DNA of 64,000 nucleotides from Candidatus Fermentibacterota bacterium. Lineage in GTDB: Bacteria; Fermentibacterota; Fermentibacteria; Fermentibacterales; JCC-6. Where the stretch lies: NCBI GenBank assembly GCA_014728175.1, contig WJMA01000051.1, positions 7,279 through 71,278 of the forward strand, written 5' to 3'. The notes beneath the pieces are model-generated. The model worked only from the letters and a program-made list of their open reading frames with translations, was not told the origin of the DNA and ran no database searches. Below, piece by piece: positions 26,224 through 36,459 of the stretch; the stretch's first letter is position 1, and every line of letters starts with the position of its first letter. Position numbers and translations under genes: made by a program.

Positions 26224-28343
26224 GTCTGGTCCGCCTCCTCGAAGAGGTCACCCGTACCATCGCCGCCAGCCTTTTGGGCCGCATCGGCCGACCGCCTGCG
26301 GAGCTTCTCCGCCTCGTCCACAATCTCTTCTATCGACCGGTCGGGCTTGCGGTCGGCATCGGGCTTTTGGGAGTCGGTCGAGGAAACGTCCCGTTGCTCG
26401 GAAGCATCTTCCTCGATTTCCTCTTCCTCCTCCGCCTTGGCCGGCACGGCCTTTACGCTGCTTATCTCCTTTCGTCCCCCCAGACGGACCCCCTTGGCGT
26501 CTGAGGAGGTCGCTCTGATGTCATCCAGGAGCCGCTCATCCTTGAACTTCCTCATCCTCTTCTTGCGCTTGAACCAGAACTCCAGCCTGCCCTCCTCCAG
26601 ATCCGAAAACAGAAGAAGCTCCGTGCCCTCCGGAACGTATCGGTACTCCTTCTCCAGTATGTAGCCGCCGGTGGCGAAGCGTTTCACGTAGGATAGTCGG
26701 CTGTCGGCCATTCGGTAGACCGCGGTGAACACCTTCTCCCTGTCGGCCAGGCCACAGTGGACCACATCACCGTCGACGAAGTACTTGTCCTGCACCGGCA
26801 CCACCCTGTAGGTACCGTCGGCCAGGAACAGGAAGACCCTGTCGTACTCGGAGGCGTTGAAGTAGGTGTCGCTCCTTACGTCCGTACCCACGAATCCCTT
26901 TTCCTCATCGAAGCCCACCTTCAGGTTGCGGTGGGCTATCCTCCTGACGTCTATGTCGCTGAAGGACTCTATCGAGGTTCGCCTGGGCCACCGTGCGCCG
27001 AACTCGTCCAGCAGGTCCGACAGAAATCCGATCGCGTAGCGCTTTACGTTGCGCAGCTTCTTCCTTACCTCCCGTAACCCGGCCCGGACCTCCTCCGACT
27101 GCTCCCGGTAGGACTCGATATCGAACCTGGATATCCTCCGTATCTTAAGCCCGACCAGCCTGTCTACGTCCTCCCGGGTAAGCTCTCCGAGGAGCTCTGG
27201 AAGGTGAGGCTTCAGGCCCTTGCGCACGGTCTGCCTGATCGCCTCCAGCGTATCGCACTCCTCTATCTGCTTGTAGATCCTGTTCTCTATGAACAGCTGC
27301 TCCAGAGTCAACCAACGCTCGCGGTCCAACAGATCGCTCTCCCGAAGCTTCAGCTCCCGTCTCAGGATCTCCACCAGCCGGTCCGTGCAATACTCGAGCA
27401 GCTGGTCGACGGCCATCTCGGTGGGGGCGTCGTCCCTTATCACCATCATGCTGCTGGAATGGCTGGCTTCACAATCGGTATGGGCGTAGAGCCTCTTCAG
27501 GCCCTCCTCCTGGCTTACCCCCCGGCCCAGCCTTACATGTATCTCCACCTCGTCGGACGTGTAGTCGTCTATGGAGGATATCTTCAGCTTCCCCTTGCCC
27601 GCCGCGCTCTCGATGGATCTAATCAGGCTCTCTGTGGTGCTTCCCCAGGGAAGCTCCCTGATCACCAGCTCCTTGCGCCCATGGCGGTCTATCCGGGCCC
27701 TGTTCCTCACCCTGCACAGGCCCCGGTCGTAGTCGGAGACGTCTATGCTTCCCCCTTGGGGGAAGTCGGGATATAGATCGTACTCCTTTCCCTTGAGGTA
27801 GCTGATCTGGGCCTGCAGGACCTCGCAGAAGTTGTGGGGCAGTATCCTGGTACTCATGCCCACCGCTATGCCCTCCACGCCCAGAAGCAGGATGACCGGG
27901 ATCTTGGCCGGAAGCAGGACCGGCTCTTCGTTGCGGCCGTCGTAGCTGGGCACCAGCTCGGTGACCCGGTCGTTGAACATCGTTCGCCGGGCCAGCTCGG
28001 TCAGCCTGCACTCTATGTACCTGGGCGCGGAGGCCTCGTCGCCGGTCAGCAGGTTGCCGAAGTTCCCCTGGCGGTCGACGAAGTAGCCGGTGTTGGCCAG
28101 ATGAACCAGTGCGTTGCCAATGGATTGGTCACCGTGGGGATGGTACCTCATGGTATGACCTATAACATTGGCTACCTTACTGTAACGTCCGTCATCCATC
28201 TCCTTGAGGGACCAGAGGATCCTCCTCTGAACCGGCTTGAGCCCGTCCGCTGCATCGGGTATGGCCCGTTCCTTTATCACGTAGGAGGCGTAATCGAGGA
28301 AGTTGTCCCGGAAGACGGTTCCCAGGGTTCCCTTGCGACTCAC
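26220..28343 (-). CDS. parC: DNA topoisomerase IV subunit A / gyrase A-like
   Basis: GyrA/ParC N-terminal domain (AIPDAADGLKPVQRRILW, HPHGD). At 707 aa and placed downstream of parE, ParC is favoured. Confidence 0.75.
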   Translation of the reverse strand: MSRKGTLGTVFRDNFLDYASYVIKERAIPDAADGLKPVQRRILWSLKEMDDGRYSKVANVIGHTMRYHPHGDQSIGNALVHLANTGYFVDRQGNFGNLLTGDEASAPRYIECRLTELARRTMFNDRVTELVPSYDGRNEEPVLLPAKIPVILLLGVEGIAVGMSTRILPHNFCEVLQAQISYLKGKEYDLYPDFPQGGSIDVSDYDRGLCRVRNRARIDRHGRKELVIRELPWGSTTESLIRSIESAAGKGKLKISSIDDYTSDEVEIHVRLGRGVSQEEGLKRLYAHTDCEASHSSSMMVIRDDAPTEMAVDQLLEYCTDRLVEILRRELKLRESDLLDRERWLTLEQLFIENRIYKQIEECDTLEAIRQTVRKGLKPHLPELLGELTREDVDRLVGLKIRRISRFDIESYREQSEEVRAGLREVRKKLRNVKRYAIGFLSDLLDEFGARWPRRTSIESFSDIDVRRIAHRNLKVGFDEEKGFVGTDVRSDTYFNASEYDRVFLFLADGTYRVVPVQDKYFVDGDVVHCGLADREKVFTAVYRMADSRLSYVKRFATGGYILEKEYRYVPEGTELLLFSDLEEGRLEFWFKRKKRMRKFKDERLLDDIRATSSDAKGVRLGGRKEISSVKAVPAKAEEEEEIEEDASEQRDVSSTDSQKPDADRKPDRSIEEIVDEAEKLRRRSADAAQKAGGDGTGDLFEEADQT

Positions 28344-28353
28344 CGGGCGTCTC

Positions 28354-30168
28354 TCATCTCAGGTTCTCCAGTATGAACCGCCGCCGCTGGGGAGTGTTGG
28401 GGCCCATGTAGAAGCGAAGCATGGACGGTACTTCCTTCAACCTGGTGATGCCCACAGGTTTCAGCCTTATGTCCTCGCCTATGAACCTGCCGAACTCGTC
28501 GGGCGATATCTCACCCAGGCCCTTGAACCGGGTAAGCTCGGCCTTGGGACCCAGCTTCTCCAGGGCCCTCTTGCGCTCGGCCTGGGTGAAGCAGTAGACG
28601 GTCTCGCTCTTTTTACGAACCCTGTACAAAGGCGTCTCCAGGATGAACAGATGCTCATCCAAGACCAAGCCCTCGAAGAAGTGAAGAAAGAGGGTCAGCA
28701 GCAGGTTGCGTATGTGCATGCCGTCGATGTCCGCGTCTGTCGCCAGCACGACGTGGTTGTAGCGCAACCCTTCCATGCCGTTCTCTATATTCAAAGCTCT
28801 CATGATGTTATACATCTCGGCGTTCTTGTACAGGGTGTCTCTGCGCAGACCGTAGCAGTTCAAAGGCTTTCCCCGCAGGGCGAACACCGCCTGGGTGTCG
28901 ACGTCCCGGCTGGAGATCATGCTCCCGGCGGCGCTCTGGCCCTCGGTCAGGAAAACCGTGCTCTCCTCCTCCCGGGGGTGATCGTCGCCCAGATGGATCT
29001 TGCAGTCCTTGAGGCCGGGGATCCTGAGAGCCGTCTTTTTGGCCCTTTCCCTGGCCTTCTTCTTAACGTTCTTCAGCTGGGTCCGGATTTTCCGGTTGGC
29101 CTCGACCTTCTGCACCAGCTTCTCAGCCAGGTCGGGGTCTTTGTGCAAGGCCTTCTCCAGCTCTCCGGAGACTTTGCCCACTATCCAGCCCTTGAGGTCG
29201 GTGTTACCCAGTTTGGTCTTGGTCTGGGACTCGAACACGGGCTCTTTGATCCTTACGGATATCGCCCCTATGACGCCTTCCCTTACGTCGGAGCCGGAGA
29301 ACCGCTCCCCCGTGAAGGCGTTTACTCCCTTGAGCACCCCCTCCTTGAACGCCGACAGGTGGGTTCCACCAGCCCTCGTATACTGTCCGTTGGCGAAGGA
29401 GAGGTAGCGCTCTCCGTACTCGGTGGTGTGGGTGAAGGCGAACTCTATGGTCTTCTCCCTGTAGTAGACCGTCGGATACAGGGCAACGTCTCCCGCCTCG
29501 TCCTCCAGGAGGTCCCTCAATCCGCTCTCCGAAACGTAGGTCTCCCCGTCGAACCTTATCTTGAGTCCGGTGTTCAGGTAGGCGTAGTGTCTGATCCTCT
29601 TGATCATCAGCTCTCGGTCGAACGAGTATTCGCCGAATATCTCCGGGTCGGGCCTGAAACTGACCATGGTGCCGTTGCGCTTCCTGGCCTTGCCCTGGTC
29701 CTCCTTTCGCAGCTCGCCCTTCTCGAACAGCGCCCGGCGGTACTCACCGTCACGATAGCTTACAACCTCGAAGGTCTCCGACAGGGCGTTAACCGCCTTG
29801 GCGCCGATTCCGTTCAGGCCCACGCTGAACATGAAGACGTCCGTGTTGTACTTGGCACCGGTGTTGATTCTGGAAACGCACTCGATGACCTTACCCAGGG
29901 GAATGCCCCTGCCGTAGTCCCTCACCGATACGGTATCCCCGTCCAGATCCACCTTCACCGTGGTTCCGTGGCCCATTATGAACTCGTCGATCGAGTTGTC
30001 CATCACCTCTTTGAGCATGATGTATATGCCGTCCTCGGGATGGCTTCCGTCACCCAGCCTGCCTATGTACATCCCGGTGCGAAGACGGATGTGCTCTATG
30101 GAGGAAAGGGTCTTGACCTTGCTCTCGTCGTAAACCGAGGACTGCTCGACCGTCGTCTTCTCAGTCAT
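28354..30168 (-). CDS. parE: DNA topoisomerase IV subunit B / gyrase B-like
   Basis: GHKL ATPase and TOPRIM motifs (EGDSAGGS-like TEGQSAAG, PLRGKPLN). The 604-aa short form lacks the GyrB insertion. Confidence 0.8.
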   Translation of the reverse strand: MTEKTTVEQSSVYDESKVKTLSSIEHIRLRTGMYIGRLGDGSHPEDGIYIMLKEVMDNSIDEFIMGHGTTVKVDLDGDTVSVRDYGRGIPLGKVIECVSRINTGAKYNTDVFMFSVGLNGIGAKAVNALSETFEVVSYRDGEYRRALFEKGELRKEDQGKARKRNGTMVSFRPDPEIFGEYSFDRELMIKRIRHYAYLNTGLKIRFDGETYVSESGLRDLLEDEAGDVALYPTVYYREKTIEFAFTHTTEYGERYLSFANGQYTRAGGTHLSAFKEGVLKGVNAFTGERFSGSDVREGVIGAISVRIKEPVFESQTKTKLGNTDLKGWIVGKVSGELEKALHKDPDLAEKLVQKVEANRKIRTQLKNVKKKARERAKKTALRIPGLKDCKIHLGDDHPREEESTVFLTEGQSAAGSMISSRDVDTQAVFALRGKPLNCYGLRRDTLYKNAEMYNIMRALNIENGMEGLRYNHVVLATDADIDGMHIRNLLLTLFLHFFEGLVLDEHLFILETPLYRVRKKSETVYCFTQAERKRALEKLGPKAELTRFKGLGEISPDEFGRFIGEDIRLKPVGITRLKEVPSMLRFYMGPNTPQRRRFILENLR

Positions 30169-30346
30169 ATCTTACCACTAAATATGGGGTATAGCTCCAG
30201 GAATAGTCCTATATCTTGTACCAAAGCTCATCTTTCCAAAAAGGCCTCCACAGCACTAGTACCGATCCCTGGCAACACACGGCACTATATATTGTAACCC
30301 TTGTCTTTCTGCAAACGATACGGCTTTCGGACCACTGGGGTGCAGG

Positions 30347-31807
30347 TTATCCGGAACCCTCACAGAGCTCCCGGTCTTCCCTGACCGTTCTGAGCATATT
30401 CAGACCTCCCAGGGGTAGCCATACCAGGATAAAGGCCAGGGCCGGCACCGCCAATCGAACCAGGGCGTGGGCCCCGGAAAGCAAAAGGGCCGATACGGCG
30501 GCGGGAATTGCAGCCAAAGCCGGTTTCCAGATCTCCCCGAATACGGGCAGAGGGCGTTTTCGACTGAGAGCGGCGTAGAAGAGAAAGGCCATCACCAGAT
30601 CGGACAGGATCACGGCCACCCCCGCCCCCATGAGGCCTATGCGCGGCAGCAGGATCAGGTTGGTTACTACGTTGACCACCATCCCTGTCAGGCCCACTTT
30701 GGCCGCGACTCTCTGCCTTCTGGCGGCAACTATGCCTCCCTGAAGAGCCACCAGCCAGAAGAAGAAGGGAATCGAGGCGATCACCAGCATGTAGGTCCCC
30801 AGCATCTCGGACGCTCCCACGCCCCGGAGGAAACCACCCCCCCACAGGAACCTCAAGAGAGAGAACCCGCCGGACATGAGTGGAATCGATACCAACAGCG
30901 AGAGCCCGACCACCAGCTGGGTCAGCTGGGCCATGCTCTTACGGGCCTTCTTCCAGCCGGAGGCGAAGGACTGGCAAAGCCATGGGAAAAGGGCCCCGGG
31001 AATCAGGGTGGGGTTGATGATCAGGATCGCCGCCTCCAGAAGCTTGAAGCACTCCTGGTAGGCGCCGACGTGCTCCACGCTCAGCATGGTTCTTATAACC
31101 ACGTTGTCCAGCTTCTGCGCCCCGAACATGAACAGGGCCATCACGGCCAGGGGCGCCGCCTCCCGGAAAAGCCCCCACATGGATCCGAAGCGGAAGGAGG
31201 GAACCACCCGGATCCTGAAGATCCTGTAAACCAGAATCGAGCTGACCACCACCACAACCAGCGACCGGGCCAGATAAGTCGCCACCGCCATCTTGGCGCC
31301 CAGATCGAAGCGCAGCACGAGTATGACCAGGATAACCGAGACCACGCCCGCGGATATCCTGGTGACCGCCTCGTGGATCATCCTCTCCCGGGCCCTGAAC
31401 ACGGAGAAATGGAGCTCGCATACGGCCTCGAAAGCCATTCCCGCACCCACCAGCCCGATAAAGAGGACCTCCCAGGGCTCGGCGCCGGAAACCGCGGAGA
31501 TTCCCAGCAGAAGGCCCAGCGCGGCTACGAACAGTACTATTCTCAGACCTAACGCCACGCTGAAGATGCGCTGGGCACTGGAAGGCTTCACGGAGACCTG
31601 TCTGTTGACTATGCCGCTTACGCCCATGTCGACGATGCCCCACAGCAGCTGACCCAGGGCGGCGGCGAACATCAGGCCCCCGAACGGCGTATCGGTCAGA
31701 TACCGGGAAAGAAGCATCATCGACAGCAGCAGCAGGAACTTGGACCCCACCTGGCCGACGGCCATGGCCGCGGTGTTCCTGGCTACCGAGTGCTTACGCG
31801 GGGGCAT
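30347..31807 (-). CDS. Polysaccharide biosynthesis protein / oligosaccharide flippase (MOP/Wzx-type)
   Basis: 486 aa with about 12-14 helices and a Wzx-like organisation. Confidence 0.6.
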   Translation of the reverse strand: MPPRKHSVARNTAAMAVGQVGSKFLLLLSMMLLSRYLTDTPFGGLMFAAALGQLLWGIVDMGVSGIVNRQVSVKPSSAQRIFSVALGLRIVLFVAALGLLLGISAVSGAEPWEVLFIGLVGAGMAFEAVCELHFSVFRARERMIHEAVTRISAGVVSVILVILVLRFDLGAKMAVATYLARSLVVVVVSSILVYRIFRIRVVPSFRFGSMWGLFREAAPLAVMALFMFGAQKLDNVVIRTMLSVEHVGAYQECFKLLEAAILIINPTLIPGALFPWLCQSFASGWKKARKSMAQLTQLVVGLSLLVSIPLMSGGFSLLRFLWGGGFLRGVGASEMLGTYMLVIASIPFFFWLVALQGGIVAARRQRVAAKVGLTGMVVNVVTNLILLPRIGLMGAGVAVILSDLVMAFLFYAALSRKRPLPVFGEIWKPALAAIPAAVSALLLSGAHALVRLAVPALAFILVWLPLGGLNMLRTVREDRELCEGSG

Positions 31808-31843
31808 AGAAATACCCCGGACTGCTTTCTATCGGGTGAACGC

Positions 31844-32908
31844 TCAGGGAAGCATCTCCCTCAGCTTCATGGCGAGCCTTCTCAGGCGGCGGTTGCGGCC
31901 CCGGAAGTTGAACACGGACTTCTCGCCCATGTTGCGCATGATCTCGTCGGGGTCGGCGCCCAGACGGGATACGAATTCCCGGAAGCCCTCCGGCTCCTCC
32001 CGGGGCTCGCGCTCCCTCACAATTCTCAGGGCCTCGTCCCGGTCGATCACTCCCGCCCGAACCATGTTGGCGTACAAGTACTCGTACTTGCCGAAACCGG
32101 TGCGGCAGCGAAAGAGATAACTGGAGTGTGGAGTTCCCAGGCAGTCGTACCTTATGTCGGACATGTCCTTGCCGTAATCGAGCTCTCTGTTCAGCGTCTC
32201 GTATATCCGGGGCAGGTCCCATCTGATGTAGTTGGGTACGCTGATCTGCTTCACCTTGAACATCCGCTTCCAGGAGGGGAAGAAGTAGTCCCATCGAAGC
32301 TCATCCAACGGAACGTGGCCCTTCATGATGTTCTTGAACATAACCCTGTCCATGTAGCTGGTCTCCGGCGGCGGAGCCTCCAGTATGTCGGAGAAGCCCG
32401 CGCAGATGAGCCTTATCCCGTGAGCGTCGGCTTCCCGGAATATCGCCGTCGGTATGAGAACCACGCAGGCCGAGCAGAACTCCCCCGTCGCCTCCAGGGC
32501 CCTCCTGTAGACCCTGTACAAAAGCTCTCTGTCGGGAAAGTACGTCACCAGATCGACGCCCAGCTTCCTGGCCGTGTATTTGACCACGTCCAGGGCGTCC
32601 GGATGGGCGAAGCCGTTGTCGAAGTTGAAGGCCAGGGGGGTCATGCCGTACCGGTTCTTCAACAGCCACAGGGTGTACGTGCTGTCCTTTCCGCCGCTGA
32701 ACGGAACCATGCAGTCCCACTTGATGCCTTTACCTCTGTACCTGTCCAGTATCTTCTCCAGCTTGCGCCTGCGGGCCTCCCAATCCACGTCGGCGTACTT
32801 CTCGTCGAACTCCCTGCACACTCTGCAAACACCGTTTTGGTCGAAATCGACGTTGGGATAGGTGTCCGGCAGAATACACCTGGTACATCTTCTGCGCTCT
32901 TCGCTCAT
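31844..32908 (-). CDS. N-acetyl sugar amidotransferase (PP-loop ATP pyrophosphatase, LPS/O-antigen type)
   Basis: N-terminal Cys pairs (CTRC...CRVC) followed by the PP-loop SGGKDS. The start was taken at MSEERRR. Confidence 0.7.
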   Translation of the reverse strand: MSEERRRCTRCILPDTYPNVDFDQNGVCRVCREFDEKYADVDWEARRRKLEKILDRYRGKGIKWDCMVPFSGGKDSTYTLWLLKNRYGMTPLAFNFDNGFAHPDALDVVKYTARKLGVDLVTYFPDRELLYRVYRRALEATGEFCSACVVLIPTAIFREADAHGIRLICAGFSDILEAPPPETSYMDRVMFKNIMKGHVPLDELRWDYFFPSWKRMFKVKQISVPNYIRWDLPRIYETLNRELDYGKDMSDIRYDCLGTPHSSYLFRCRTGFGKYEYLYANMVRAGVIDRDEALRIVREREPREEPEGFREFVSRLGADPDEIMRNMGEKSVFNFRGRNRRLRRLAMKLREMLP

Positions 32909-32986
32909 CGGGCCCCCAAAATCTTGTGGTACATATCTACAAGATTGGTATCCTATCTTACGGATCATCAAGCAACAAGCTCCGGA

Positions 32987-34729
32987 CTACGGTCGGTAGA
33001 TTTTCTCCCGTTCCAGGCCGGCCTCCCGCAGGACCTCCCTGCGGATGATCTTGTTCGTGGTCGTCTTGGGCAGCTCCTCCTCCCTGACCAGGAACCTCCT
33101 TATCGCCCGATAAGGCTGCTGGGAGCCGTTGTACCGCCGAACGACATCGCCCAGGCGTCTCACGACCTCTTCCCTGCTCAGGCTCTCACCCTCCTCCTCA
33201 GCCATACCTATGAACCGGTCGACGTCCGGAACGATAACCGCCCAGATCTCCTCCCCCTTGCTGGCAGAGCTTCTCCCGAAGATCATGGACTCCCGCACTA
33301 AACCGGATCTGTTGAGTACTCTCTCGATCTCCTCCGGGTAAACGTTCCTGCCGTTCTTGGCGATTATCACGTTCTTCTTCCTGCCGGTCACGTACAGGAA
33401 GCCGTCTTCGTCTACGTAACCCAGATCTCCGGTCCGCAACCAGCCTCGGTCGTCCAGAACCTCCCTGGTCGCTTCGGGGTCCCGGTGGTAACCCTTCATA
33501 ACGTTGGGCCCCCGTACCAGGATCTCACCCACCCCGTTTTCGTCAGGGGCTTCTATCCTGGCTTCCATCTCCGGGAGGACCGGGCCCACCGATCCGATTC
33601 TGTTGATGCAGTCTCTGTTGACGGACACTATGGGTGAGCACTCGGTAAGGCCGTAGCCCTGAATGAAGCGCAGACCGAGCTTCTCGTAGCCTCTGGCCAC
33701 CTCCGGATCCACCGCCGCTCCCCCGGAGATCAGCAGCCTCAGCCGTCCCCCGAATGCGCGGTGCACTGCCGAGAATACCTTTCTTCTCGCATCCAGGCCC
33801 AAGAGCCCGGAGACCGAGCAGATCATCCTTCCCAGCCCGTAGGAAACCGTGCCCAGGGGCCCCGACCGTATGCGCTGTCCGAGCCGGGCATAAATCGACT
33901 CCCACAGAAGGGGCACTCCCAGCATCACCGTGGCCCGGCTTTCCCTGAGATCCTCGGCGATGTGCTTCAACCCCCTGCAGATGTGTATCTCCGCCCCGGC
34001 GGCGATCGGAGCCAGAAGCCCGCCGGTGCATTCGAACGTATGGTGTACGGGCAGAACGGAAAGGAATTTGTCGTCCGGAAAAATCCTGAGGTAACGCAGG
34101 GTCTGCAGCACGTCGGAGAGGATGTTGCCGTGGGAAAGCACCACCCCCTTGGACTTTCCCATCGTTCCGGAGGTGTAGCATATCGACGCCGGGGCGTCCA
34201 GGTCGTAGCCGTCCAGCGGAGGAAGGGATCCTCCCTTTTGGTAAGCCAGCAGATCGTCCACAGACCTTGCTTGGGGCTCGTCCAGGGGCCTGGTGACGAA
34301 CGTATCTATTCCCCTGCCCTTGCCCTCCAGATGATCGGTCATCTCCCGTTCCAGCCCTCCGTCGACCATCAAAACGTTGGCCCCGGAGTAGTGGAGTATG
34401 GTGTGGACCTCTGCCCGGACCAGCTTGGGGTCTATGGGAACCACTACTCCCCCGGCCCGAATCGTCCCCAGATAGGCGGATGCCCAATCGATCCCGTTTC
34501 TTCCGAGAATTCCCACCACCGGCCGGTCCTGCCTTCCCAGTAGAGCCCGGGCGAAACGATCGGTCCGGTCGAGCATGCCGGCGTAGGTTATCCTCTCCCC
34601 CGGACCCTCTGCGGTTGGATCGGTCATGAAGACCGCTTCCGGCCGGTCGGTCGCAGCATTGTGGAGCATCTGCGGAATACTGCGGAAACGGGGGATTTCG
34701 TATAAGGCAATATCGGACAATCGGCTCAT
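32987..34729 (-). CDS. AMP-dependent synthetase/ligase (long-chain acyl-CoA synthetase-like)
   Basis: AMP-binding motifs YTSGTMGKSKGV and a YGLTE-like QGYGLTE. The start was trimmed to MSRLSD. Confidence 0.75.
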   Translation of the reverse strand: MSRLSDIALYEIPRFRSIPQMLHNAATDRPEAVFMTDPTAEGPGERITYAGMLDRTDRFARALLGRQDRPVVGILGRNGIDWASAYLGTIRAGGVVVPIDPKLVRAEVHTILHYSGANVLMVDGGLEREMTDHLEGKGRGIDTFVTRPLDEPQARSVDDLLAYQKGGSLPPLDGYDLDAPASICYTSGTMGKSKGVVLSHGNILSDVLQTLRYLRIFPDDKFLSVLPVHHTFECTGGLLAPIAAGAEIHICRGLKHIAEDLRESRATVMLGVPLLWESIYARLGQRIRSGPLGTVSYGLGRMICSVSGLLGLDARRKVFSAVHRAFGGRLRLLISGGAAVDPEVARGYEKLGLRFIQGYGLTECSPIVSVNRDCINRIGSVGPVLPEMEARIEAPDENGVGEILVRGPNVMKGYHRDPEATREVLDDRGWLRTGDLGYVDEDGFLYVTGRKKNVIIAKNGRNVYPEEIERVLNRSGLVRESMIFGRSSASKGEEIWAVIVPDVDRFIGMAEEEGESLSREEVVRRLGDVVRRYNGSQQPYRAIRRFLVREEELPKTTTNKIIRREVLREAGLEREKIYRP

Positions 34730-34923
34730 CGGGATCCGACGATCACCTCCAGTAACGGGTTCACCGTCGCTCGGAATGGGGCAAAAACGTACGGTCATGC
34801 ATAACCCGGCACCAGCCCGATGTCGAACGCATGATGCTCCGGCGGGGTCGTAGACATCCGGCAACCCGGGTCATATAGTCTTTTCCGCTCGGAAGGATCA
34901 AGGCCCAACACCCTGGATCTGCT

Positions 34924-35670
34924 ATGGGAAGAAAGATGGACAAGGAATCCGGCCCCACCCTCGAGGAGCAAACTCACGATACGGATAGTACCCCGGAAAA
35001 CGGAAACGTGCTCGACGATTACATCAAAGCCACTCTCGCCATAAAGAAAGAGCTGAACAAGTACTTCATAAGATCCGTCGAGTCCGAGCTGAAGGAAACG
35101 GTCTGGCAGATCAAGGACCAGCTGCAGAGCGCTACCACCTCGGCCCTGGACGACATCAAGAGAGACCTGGCGAAGGCCGAGAGCCTACTGGCCCAGCTCT
35201 CCACCCGCGAACAGAAGTCCGGTCGGGAGCTGGGTGGTCTTTCCGAGCAGATTCGAGCCTCCGCCGCCAAGACCACCGAGCATCGGGACCTCATCAAAAG
35301 TTCCCTCCAGTCCATACGCGAAAGTATGGCCAAGCTGCCCAAGGTGCAGGACGATTACTTCAAGCGCAGGCTGATGCCCATAATCGACGACCGCCTGGCA
35401 CACGTAGCCGCCAGGAGCGAGCAAGAGAAGCTGGAAGAGGACATCATGGCGGTTCGGGAGGTCCTGCAGAAGCACTACGACGTTCTATCGGGGCTGGCCG
35501 ACAGGAAGGGACAGGACCTGGCCATATCCGCCATAGACAAGCTGATGGGCCGGATAAAGGAGCTGCAGGCCAGAAGCGAGGAGCTGCAAAGGCAGTCCAG
35601 GCGACTGCTGTACGGCCTGGGCCTGATCGCCATTCTGGAAGCCGCGGCCATACTCCTGATAACGCTCTAA
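34924..35670 (+). CDS. Coiled-coil protein with C-terminal tail-anchor TM helix, uncharacterised
   Basis: Heptad-rich sequence ending in LLYGLGLIAILEAAAILLITL. Confidence 0.4.
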   Translation: MGRKMDKESGPTLEEQTHDTDSTPENGNVLDDYIKATLAIKKELNKYFIRSVESELKETVWQIKDQLQSATTSALDDIKRDLAKAESLLAQLSTREQKSGRELGGLSEQIRASAAKTTEHRDLIKSSLQSIRESMAKLPKVQDDYFKRRLMPIIDDRLAHVAARSEQEKLEEDIMAVREVLQKHYDVLSGLADRKGQDLAISAIDKLMGRIKELQARSEELQRQSRRLLYGLGLIAILEAAAILLITL

Positions 35671-35688
35671 CGGAGCTTTCTTCGGTCC

Positions 35689-36393
35689 TTACTCCATGAA
35701 GCCGTCGGCGGTGAAGCTGTGGCACCTGGATACCTCCACCGGTCCTTCCAGAACAACGGATGTGTCGGTTACCACGAAGGTATAATCGGCGCCCTGGTGC
35801 AGCAGCTCCTGCAAACCGTCGCCGTTTACGTCCTCCAGACGGTAGGTGTACTGCCTCAGGTACCCGTCGCGGTTCGTGCTCCAGCTCTTCTCGGCTCCGG
35901 TGAACACCACCTCCAAACCGGCGGGAGTGGGAAGGAGCAGCTCGAAGTAGCCCTCCACCCAGGTGCCGGTGCCGGGATGGCAGCTGCCGCTCAGCTTTAC
36001 CAGGGGGACGTCCATAGACGGATAACCGGGGGCCAGGTGGAGCACCTCGGCGCCCGCTCTCTCGCCCGTCTCCTGGCTGACCACCCCCCAGTCGAAATGA
36101 TCGCACCTCATCTGGATCATCTCGGACGCCCCGCCAGAAATCCTGTACAGGAAGCTGTATCCCCTGGTGGGAAGACGAAAACCCAGAGCCACCACCACGT
36201 AGGTATGACCCTCCCTCTCCAGGACCGCATGACACGACCCATGCAGCTCGCAGCCATGCTCGATACCGGTATCCTGAAGCAGGTCGTAGCAATACTTGGT
36301 CGCAGTCACCGAATCCAGAAGGAGGTCGGGCGGAGGCTCTTGCAGCATACCACTTTCGGCCATCAGAAAGAACACGAGCGAAGCCATGCCCAT
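35689..36393 (-). CDS. Hypothetical secreted/lipoprotein-like protein
   Basis: Protein-like composition with an N-terminal hydrophobic segment. Competing ORFs in other frames look like GC-frame noise. Confidence 0.35.
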   Translation of the reverse strand: MGMASLVFFLMAESGMLQEPPPDLLLDSVTATKYCYDLLQDTGIEHGCELHGSCHAVLEREGHTYVVVALGFRLPTRGYSFLYRISGGASEMIQMRCDHFDWGVVSQETGERAGAEVLHLAPGYPSMDVPLVKLSGSCHPGTGTWVEGYFELLLPTPAGLEVVFTGAEKSWSTNRDGYLRQYTYRLEDVNGDGLQELLHQGADYTFVVTDTSVVLEGPVEVSRCHSFTADGFME

Positions 36394-36459
36394 CGGTGTT
36401 AATCGGCGCGCGGAGGGATGAAGCCTACGACGCTCTTCGCAGCAGCCGCGGACATCGTA

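Noticed and set aside
28303-30297. 664-aa plus-strand ORF
   Set aside because: Antisense shadow of parE.
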